DNA of 64,000 bases from the human T2T-CHM13v2.0 reference genome, Homo sapiens, in assembly GCF_009914755.1 (NCBI RefSeq), contig NC_060927.1. One strand, given 5' to 3'. Below the pieces are notes generated by a model that searched no databases, was not told the origin of the DNA, and worked only from the letters and a program-made list of their open reading frames with translations. The position numbers and the translations under genes are program-made. Positions within the stretch are counted from its first letter, which is position 1. The number at the start of each line of letters is the position of its first letter. This document shows positions 53,705 to 64,000 of this stretch, in pieces.

Positions 53705-54095
53705 AATCAAGACAGTTTTTCCCATGCTGAAGCTTTCTTTCTGCAGGCTTTCTCTTGTGCCTCAAGAGCTGCTGGCCACAAGCATGAACAAACTAAAATA
53801 TTGGGGATACACCCCTCAACCCATGGAAGGGGTATGGGATAGCTGGTGGATGAATGCCTCTGCCTCTCCCTCCCTACTGGTGGAATAATTCTGAGGCATG
53901 GTTCAATTTTCTCAGAGAATCCCCAGTGAGAATGAGCTCCATTTGAACACAGTGGTGGCCAGCTTAACAAAGCCTTTACTGGCTTTCTTCATTACCCCAC
54001 CTCTCTTTCACTCACTTCCTCACTTGTGTTCCCTGAAATCCCCTTCCAAATAAATGCTCGCCTTGGGCTTTTAGAGGATACACAGACTAAGGCAA
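53705..54095 (+). mobile_element. ERVL solo LTR (LTR16-like)
   Basis: 'aataattctgaggcatggttc...cagagaatccccagtgagaatgagctcc...cttccaaataaatgc'; similar to 5340-5530. Confidence 0.65.
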
Positions 54096-55680
54096 ACAAT
54101 AATGATGAGAATGTCAGGCCTTGGGTCTACAGATCATCTTTGTCTAAAGTTCTCTCCCTTGTTGCTCCATCCAAGTTCTTAACATTCTTTAAAACTCAGT
54201 TCAAATCTCACTCTTCATGTATCACCTCTAATCTCAAGTGGCCCCTTAGTGCTAAGTAGCAATTGTAATTTCTCTAAGCCATTTTTTTGCCTGCTCCTAG
54301 ACAACTATTTCATATCTTTACCTCTTTCTCAAAACTTCAGAACTCTATTCAGCCACAAGTTTGGATTGTTATTACTATTTGTTTGTGACTAGAGTCCATT
54401 TTGGCTGGAACTGGTTTGAACTGCAACACCATGTTCCTCATCCTCAATTTCTGTTGTTGAATTTACTTCCCCTGTAAATGAGAATTAAGTGGAAATGAGA
54501 ATTAATCCGAATAGAATTCCTATACCCTCCCAACATAACATCTGCCTCCTTCCTACATCTGGACCCAAAACCCTGCTCTCTCCCCACAACCCCATTAATA
54601 TAAACGAACTGTCTGTGCTTCTATGCAAAGCCATCTACTTCCCTTGGGCCCTGTACCCCATCCTTTCTCTATTATTCAGGACATCACTCTAGCAATTGTC
54701 CCTTTTGTTTCTCCATCATCAAATTTTCCTTCTATACTACATAATTCCCTCTAAATAATAACATTTTTATTTCTCACAATTCAAAAACAAAACAAAAAAT
54801 GATGACATGACCCCATTTTTCCCTCCAGTCACCACTCATTCGTCTGTTTCCCTTTCTTCAAAACTCTTTGAGAGTTGTATGTGTTTTTTATCTTTCATTA
54901 CCTCTCCCTTCATTCTAAATTGTTTGCACTTCAGAGAAGTTTTTATTTTCACTGTTAAACCAAAGCAGTTCCTACCAAGAACACATACAACCTTTATGAA
55001 GCTAAATTCAATGGTTGATCCTCAGTCCTCAACTGCTGGGCCACATGACATGATTAACACTTTCTTCTGGACACATTTTTCTCACGTGGCCTCTGGATCA
55101 TCCCTCCTCATTCACAGTTCTAGTTCTCTTTTGTTTGTTCCTCCCAATGTCTCTGATCTCTAAGTAGAGTGTCTTATCCTCTAACTTTGTTCTTCTCTTT
55201 ATATATCTGTTCCCTACCTTCTCTTTTCTTCTTTCCCCATTTTTCTCCTATCTGCCCCATCTTATCTGCTTTTGTGATCTTAAATGCTTTCTTTATGGAG
55301 ATGAGACTCCCAAATTTGGATCTACAATCTGGATCTCTTTCCTCAATTCCAGAATCATACATCCAACTGTTTAAATGTCATCCTCCCACTTGCTTTCAAA
55401 TGACTTCACATTTATTAAAGTCCAACCATGAACTTCTGATTTACACTAAAGACCTGCTCCTCCTCTTTTTTATCTCAATAAATTTCAACCAATCCATTAG
55501 CAAATGCCATCAGCTCTACCTTCAAAAAATATATAAAAACAACAACCACAGTGTGTGCCTCCTCCTCACCACTTCCGCTGCTATGTCTATACTTTCACCC
55601 ACCACTGGATATTTGCATTGACTTTTTATAGGTCTCACTGCCTCTGCCCTTCACTCCTGGCAGCCTATACTCAATGCATC

Positions 55681-55856
55681 CAGGGCCAGCATCATGGGCA
55701 TGTGACCCATGCAGTCACACAGAGTCCCTCACTCACAAAGACCCAGTGCTCGGTTTAATGCTGTGCTGTTGCCATCTTGAATTTCTTGATAATTTTTGAA
55801 CAAATAGCCTCACACTTTCATTTCTCACCAGGTCCTTCAAACTGTAGCCAGTCCTG
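55681..55856. mobile_element. MER45A-like hAT-Tip100 DNA transposon relic
   Basis: CAGGGCC...GTCCTG termini; 8-bp TSD AATGCA(T/C)C at 55673-55680 and 55857-55864. Confidence 0.8.
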
Positions 55857-56268
55857 AATGCACCCAACTAGGCCTTTTAAATCATAAACCAGATCATATC
55901 ACGTCTCTGTTCAAGACACTACAAAGGCTTCCTACTTCATTCAGAATGAAAGGCAAAAGCCCTACAATGACCTCCAGGGACACATGTGACACCCCTCCCC
56001 ACCCCTCACCTCTCTGATCTCATCTTCTATCATTCTGCCTTTTGCACATTCCTTGATGTTTCTCAAAGACACTAAGAACACTTTCAACCTTAGGGCCCTT
56101 GCATAGCTTTTTCTTCTGACTGCTGCACTCTTACTTGAACATTGCATGACTTGCTCTCGTGTTTTCTTCAAGCCAAATTATAAGTGAGGCCTTCTCAGAT
56201 TATTCTAAATAAAATAGAAATCAACATCAACCCCTTGACACTGGTGCTTTCTACCCACTTTATCCTGC

Positions 56269-56631
<363 letters not shown>

Positions 56632-58121
56632 TAATTACTTATATATAGCCTGTATGCCTCTCCAAATCTAAAATGTAAGCTTCCCAACCTCAGGGATATT
56701 GCACTGTTCTTTGTGATATTTCTCTTACCCAAGGCACTGCATACCACATAGTATTTGTTGACTGACTGACTGACTGACTGAATGAATGAATGAATGAATG
56801 CACATATCATATTGAGAGACAGGCAGCATTGCTTCCATGCCCATGTTGTGTATACACTTCAGGTAAGCTAATGGCAGTGAAGCTGATGTCACTTCTCAAG
56901 TATCTTGAAAGTATCAGAGAGAAAGTGTTTCAAAAGAGCAAAGAAGTGACTCTAGTCCAAATGAAGTCACAGCCATTCATGTGACAATTGCCTTCTATTT
57001 CTTTGAGAGCCGCTGTACTGCTGCCTCATGGAAATCTTTAACTTTTCTACTGTTACTTAATGTTTTTACACATTGAAATATGATTTCCCCAACCCTAAGT
57101 TACTCCCTGTAGATAGAAAATTCTCCCTTATGACCCAGAAGAGCACACTACCTCAGAGAGGGAAGACTCACTCTGTCAATGTGGGATGATTAGTTGGTTG
57201 TCAACACCACAAGACTCTCCTCATCTGATAGATGTAGACGTACCAGAGTTTCAAACTTTCAGAGGAAGAGCCAGAAATGTTCATCGAGAATACACTTGTG
57301 CTGTTTAGTTAAAGCTCTCTGCAACGGATGCATCGCTGGTGCTCTGCTCAGTTCCTCTTTACCTGCTTCTGCACTCATGCTGTGATGGGAACTGTGAGTA
57401 CTGATGGATGCCCCCTTCTCCTGAGAATTGCTCTCGGCCGATGCTAGCACAGGAAGCTCTACCTCTTTCCCTTCCCACCAAACCCTGGGACAAGGACTAA
57501 TCGACCCAGGGGTTAAAGGGTAACCCCATGCCTTGGAATGGTATTAACCCTGTGGTGCAATTTGTGCTCCAGAGCTTCCTCATGGGTGAGACAGAAGCAC
57601 GTGTCCTGTTGTGTCCACAACTACACTCAGCCTTTTTTGCTCATTCAATCCTCATTTTGGGCTATGTCTTCAGAAACTAAACCGAAGGCACTATCCAAAG
57701 ATTACTTGTGTATTTCTTATAGAAGCCCCCACTCCACCCCCACACACAGACATTCCTCAAATAGGTTCCTATGACCTACCAGTTGAAGCCCAGGCTTCTT
57801 ATCTGGACATTAAGTCTTTGCATGGTCAGTCGGGTCTCTGTCTTTCAAGATTTATTTTTCACTATCATACACCATATTAACCTACTCAGGGCTGCCTACT
57901 TTACATTCTCTCCCAGCCCTGCACATTCCTTGGAAAGGCCTCCCCTGCCTCGCCTGAATGATGAACACTCTATTCCTTATTCAAGACTCTAACATCACTT
58001 GCCCTGTGAAGGCTCCTCAGATTCCTCTAGGCTCAGTAGGTGCCACTCCTCAGTCCCCTACAGCATATGGTGTCAATGACAACAGTGATATGCTTGTCTG
58101 ATTCCTCCACTTAACTATGAA

Positions 58122-61090
58122 TTTTTTGTTGTTGTTAATAAAAACGTTTATTTTGCATTTTATACAGAACCGCCTGAAGTCTGCATCATGACTTGATGGT
58201 TACCCAGGGGTTTATGTGTGTCCAACTGAACACCGTGGTTCTGGGATTGAGGATCCGCACAAACACAGGCAGGAGTTTGGAGGGAAGAAGGGGGCACAGC
58301 AGGAGTGTATCTCAAGCCCACCTCAAAGGCAGCAGAGCATTCCAAGTTGCTGAAAACCTGTGCAAATGGGGCCTCTAAAACAAACATTGTACTGTGAGCT
58401 CTCGGGGAAGGGGCAGGAAAAGGATGTTGATAATTAAGGGGGCATTTTCTTGAGGCGGCAGATGAGGAGGGAGGCTTACTATTTTTAATCCCCTCAGCCC
58501 CAGGACATGATAATCAGAGGAGATCATGTCCAATCTTGAATCAATTCCCTGTTCAAAAAGAGGTGCTAATACCCCAGGGACCAGACTCTGAAAATACCAT
58601 GAAAATACTCTGAAAATACCGTGCTGGTCATTCCTGAGTCCCTGTTCTATGCCCTACAACATATTAGAAGGGCAAGGGAAGGTCAGAGGGTAGTGGCTTG
58701 TGTTCTGTGGAAGTAAAACACCTTAGTTCATATTAAGCACTGATAAAACCCAATGACTGGGACCACAGATCTGTTGAGAGGTCACTAGTAGGGACCAAGA
58801 GTGGGAGGTCTGGAACATCCTCAGCTTGAGATGCAGTAGGTGTGGAAAGTCTGGGAGGAGGTAAATATTAAAGTAATGGGAAACAGAACACTCCCAAGCC
58901 TTAATTTTAATTGGATAGTTTAAAAAATTGAAATAGAATCTAACATTGGGTGCCAGTCACCACAAATGCCATGCCTTTATGGTCACTTGGTATCATAAAA
59001 AATTTGCCAAAGCATGCCTGTCTGGCTAATCAAAAGGTCTTGCTAGGAGGTGTTCGTGTGCATGACAGAGTGCCAAGGGGCTTGGTACCACTGACTATCC
59101 AACGTGATTCCTATGGAAACAGAAGCGGCAGAGTCTTGGTTAGCTGGCTTGTTGAGGTTTGGCAGAGAAGAAGCGAAAGCTCCAAAGTGACTGCAGATTC
59201 TCTGCAACTGGCTTTGACCCAGAGAAAGAGGAGCCACATTCTCACTCTAAAGATAGAGAGGGACCAAACCTAACCCACAGCACATGCATTAGTTCTGGTC
59301 ATCCTACAGTTGATGGGCAACTAACACTGGGCAGGGGAAGGGAGCTGGTTAGGGAAGAAGGGCTCATTTTTCATTTTTTAAAGTCTTAATTAATATTTTA
59401 ACCTCAAACAGATTATCAGTGCCTCAGATACAATTTAATCTTAAGTCTTTAAAAGGCCCCCTGAAACAAAAATATACATTTTTTTAAGGCCTCCTCACTT
59501 TCTGATAGTCAGTTTCCCCCAGTCTCCAGTTTTACCCTGACTTAGAGTCCACAAACTTCATCAGACCACCTGTGCTCATGGACGTGGGTCTTTCTAGAGG
59601 GAAGCCTCGGGCTCGGCTCCAGATGAGCTGTGCCAGTACACCCAATGCCTGTGATGCCCCAAACAGGACCGCGTAGCAATGTATCTCTGTCATGCTATAG
59701 TACCCACCATGTGCGTCTACATTGGGCCCAGGATTCTCGGCCTTACCCTACTGTCAGAGGATATTGGGCACAATCTTGTATAGCTGAGCAACCAACTTAA
59801 ACATGGGATCATTATGCAATGTTTCAGAGCAAACTCTCGCTGACAGGTACATTGTGGCTCAGTCTTCTTTAGTACTGCATGGCCATAGCCTGGAACAACC
59901 CATCTCGAGTTCAGTGTAGTCTTGTAACTTCTCATCTGACACATCTTTGCCAACTTCCTTCTGTAGTTGTGTTAGCCAGACAAGCACTTCCTGATTTGCC
60001 AGTCCATGTAGAGGAACTGCCAGCCCATTCATGGCTGCTGCAAAGGGCAGGGAAGGGTCTGAAAGGGTACTGCCTGCCAAATGCCTGGCATGAGCACTTA
60101 TATTGCTGTGCTCATGGTCACTGTGGATGGTGAGCTACAGGTGCATGAGCTCAGTGAACTGAGCATCAGTATAGCCTAACATGTTGGTGAAACTGTGGGA
60201 CCAGTCCAGCTTAGAGTCAGTGACCCCAATACCACTGCCCTCTCCACAGAGATTTTGGTAGACCTTTTCTGCAATACAAGGTAGCTTTGTGATTAGACAC
60301 ACATGGTCTTCATAAATCAACTCCCAGTACTTGGTTTGACTGGCACCCTCTGGATATGCTCGGGCAAAGTTGTTTAGGGCTGCCATGGCTGCAGTGGGCT
60401 CAGACATGGGTGTGGATTGGTGGGAAAGTTGTCCAGCATGGTGACCACATGGGAAGGTAGAGCTGCCTGCCCTCTTTGCCCACTCTCTTAAAAGCCAAGA
60501 TACCTGTTCCTCTCTTGGGATCTGTCCAGTTACCAGCAGCCAAAATAAGCCCCTGGGTAGGGGTTTTCCCCACCCTTAGTCTTGGGTAGCAGTTTTTGGT
60601 ATTCAGGGATACTGAAGCCTCGGAAACAGATAACCTCATCAGGATCAAGAACTGATGTTTATATACCAATCCCTTAATGCCTCTCATGCCGCCATACATT
60701 ATGTCTGCAGTGATTTGGCCCACCACCTTCTTGCCATGTTGCTGCCTGAAGGTCTTAATTCTGGCCTGCTCCTTAACTATCAGGTCAGCCAATATGTCTT
60801 TCAAATTCTTGGAGGAAGCACTGGCATGCCAGGCAGCAAGAACAAGACAAGATGCACTGTTGCTTCCCAAGAGCCTGGCAGCCACTTGGGTAAAACCATG
60901 GTGAGTGAACTCTGCGATCTGGTGGAGAGGGAAGAAGGGGAGAGAGCTGTGGCAGAAACAGGAACCACCACTGCGGCACCAGAGGCCGCAATGGGTGGAC
61001 AAGGTTGAAAGGAGGCAGCTGAGGAAACACATAGATGAACCCGCAGCAGGTGCCCAGCCAGGGGTTCTCAGCAAGGCCCTGTGCACTGCC
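58122..61090 (-). pseudogene. CS: Processed pseudogene of citrate synthase (full-length mRNA copy: 5'UTR, CDS 60899-59532, 3'UTR)
   Basis: Intronless translations match CS ('[49 protein letters not shown]', '[23 protein letters not shown]', '[38 protein letters not shown]', '[11 protein letters not shown]'); frameshifts, stops and small deletions; AATAAA (minus) at 58147-58152, tail remnant 58122-58135; TSD AACTATGAA at 58113-58121 and 61091-61099. Confidence 0.97.
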
Positions 61091-62222
61091 AACTATGAAC
61101 TTATTAAGACTGACTTTCCAATAGTTCTTAGCAGTGTGTGGAGTAGAAGACAGAACAACGTATACCTTCAGAATGCACAGAGCCAATGCATTTTTGGATT
61201 ACAAATAAATCAATTTAAGACCTATTGCTTCTGACAATGATTTGCAAATTGAGAAAATTCTGGAAAAATAGACATCCAACAAATTAACAGTGATTATACC
61301 TAATGACAGGGTTACAGGTGGGGATTTGTTTATTTGTATGTTCTTATTTGTTTCTTGTTTCTTATGTCAGCAAATTTTAAATAGAATATGCAAAATGATG
61401 ACCTCAATAATAAAAAATATTGTGTTTATTCACAAGAGTTAAATAATGTTTATAGAAAGGAAAAGATGCGAATGTTTTTGGACAGATTAGGATTTAAACA
61501 AAAATGTTAAACACAGAATACAAAATATGTTTTTTCTCCTGTTGTCTAGCTTTTGTACAGTGAACACATGTTGCTTTTATAGTAAGAAATATACATTTTA
61601 AGTTTCAAAATTACTCAGATTTTGTAAACAATCTAAAAGAAAATAAATGTGTTTGGAAAATCCATTTCCGAGTTTACAGTAGTGTTGAATAGCCCAGCCA
61701 AACAACACATGACCTGAATCAAACACAAGTTTACTGGACTCACTCACTATTCCAGAAGGGTGACCACATTCTTTTGTGTTACTACATGTCATCAGTGCCT
61801 GTAAGAGACAAAGGTCTTTGAATGGTGTTAAGGTTTTTCATTGGTTTTCTTGTATTCTTAACATTTTATGGTCAAGGTCCTTTGATGTGGGTTCATTCCA
61901 TAATATTTGTGATGAATGAAAATACATGAACACAGAAGGAAAAACAGGAATGAATTGAGAAAAATCACATCATTCCAGGTAGTCTGTCTCTCCGAAAAAA
62001 ATCATCAAGCTAAACCACATGATATGAAAATTCATTCCTGAATCCTCAGAACAAATAAACTTCTGGTTCTTTTTTCTTGGAGAGGAAAATAAGGAACGTG
62101 ATGACAATATTTAAGATGAGATATCATTTTAGCTTTACATATTCTATGTTGAGAAGTCTTTTCTTTAAATATTAATTTGTCCAAACAACTTTCACCTTTT
62201 CCTCTCTGTAAAATATTATTTA

Positions 62223-62547
<325 letters not shown>

Positions 62548-63058
62548 TTATCAGTTCACTATTTAAGGGATACAATATTGTGTTTTCATTTTTGGGATCA
62601 TAATTTTATACATTGTTATTCAAGTTCACTAATAATTTAGAGATTTTCTGCATGTTTTAAGGGATAATATGACAGGAAGGGTGAGCTACATGTTTTGATT
62701 CCATAACTTTAAAAAATTTGTTTGCTAAGGCATAGTCAAATGAACTGTAATGACACCTTATTTCCGCAGTGCTTTTCATCTGAAGATCTCAAAACATCCA
62801 ACATTTTGAACACATTATTAAACCATTCTGACTGTGACAAAAGTACTATATTTTAGAAATATTTACATTTTTCCATTCTTTATCCTCCTTAGATTTGTTG
62901 ATGCCTTTGGAATTTTCAAAGAAAATGTTGTTCATATTTAATAGAGAGGCAATTTGGAAAATATTTTACAATGTAACTTAGTTTCTACAGTAGCACACAA
63001 AGTATATGGGGGGATATTCTTAGCTCAACCAGTATAACAAAAAAAAGAATTAAAACTA

Positions 63059-63350
63059 CCTGTAATCCCAGCACTTTGGGAGGCCAAGGCAGGAGGATTG
63101 CTTGAGGCCAGGAGTTTGAGACCACCCTGGGACAACATAGCAAGATCTCATCTCTACAAAAAAAGAAAAAATAATAAAATAAAAATTAACTGGGCGTGGT
63201 GGAACATACCTGTAGTCCTAGCTACTCAAGAGGCTGAGCTGGGAGGATTGCTTGAGCCCAGGAGTCTGAGGTTACAGTGAACTGTGATCATCAGGTCATT
63301 GGACTTCAACCTGGGTGGCAGAGAGAGACCCTGACTCTAAAATAAAAATA
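63059..63350 (+). mobile_element. AluJ-type SINE, 5'-truncated
   Basis: Begins at 'cctgtaatcccagc'; TSD AAAACTACCTGTA on both sides. Confidence 0.92.
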
Positions 63351-63430
63351 AAACTACCTGTAGTATTTTGAATATCTATTATGCACCAGGCCCTATGCCA
63401 GGCATGCTACATTTGATATCTTAAAACCTT

Positions 63431-63740
<310 letters not shown>

Positions 63741-64000
63741 CCTCACAGAGTCCTTCCAGACAGATATAATTATTTTCATACCCTTAAACTACTTAAGAGC
63801 TCTAAACTGAAAAACCTGGATTGGAATCCAGCTTTCTCTAGTTACATTTTCTTTTATCACCCTGATTGCTCCACAGTTAGATGAATGTGGAGGGGAGAGT
63901 GGAAGAGGGTTTTATTCAAATTTTTCTTTGCCTCTTTCATTTATTAATCATTCCAACTATTGGTAATTTTTTAAAAAGTTAGATTCAGAAGCAAGAATCG

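Noticed and set aside
60400-61092. 230-aa ORF with a citrate synthase N-terminal segment
   Set aside because: It starts at a TTG straddling the TSD, reads through the 5'UTR, is out of frame with the true ATG and leaves the CS frame after about 70 codons; pseudogene artefact.

Overview
Primate (human-like) genomic DNA. I found no intact protein-coding gene, and most of the window is transposon-derived. It holds about 19 Alus (J, S and Y types), two old L1MC-type LINEs in opposite orientations, a near full-length L1PA15/16-type element with a 14-bp TSD (42192-49619), L2/MIR relics, many MaLR LTRs (MLT1/MST), two ERVL (LTR16/ERV3-16A3-like) remnants and hAT DNA-transposon relics. A heavily interrupted ancient ERV1 (MER4/MER34-group-like) provirus at about 21.0-34.6 kb keeps recognisable gag, integrase and env (degenerate CWIC, intact CX6CC) motifs. 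The one gene-derived feature is a full-length processed pseudogene of citrate synthase (CS) on the minus strand (58122-61090), with poly(A) signal, tail remnant and TSD. The most unusual signal is not explained by repeat annotation: five locally templated duplications within about 21 kb. These are a 115-bp inverted copy (11.56/15.69 kb), a ~290-bp inverted repeat that captured an Alu tail (18.0-19.0 kb), a 72-bp direct copy (23.55/25.63 kb), a ~320-bp direct copy (26.7/27.9 kb) and a two-step fold-back hairpin (32.67-32.91 kb). They resemble template-switch or break-repair scars. Repeat subfamily names come from recall of consensus sequences and need RepeatMasker/Dfam confirmation; identities were counted by eye.
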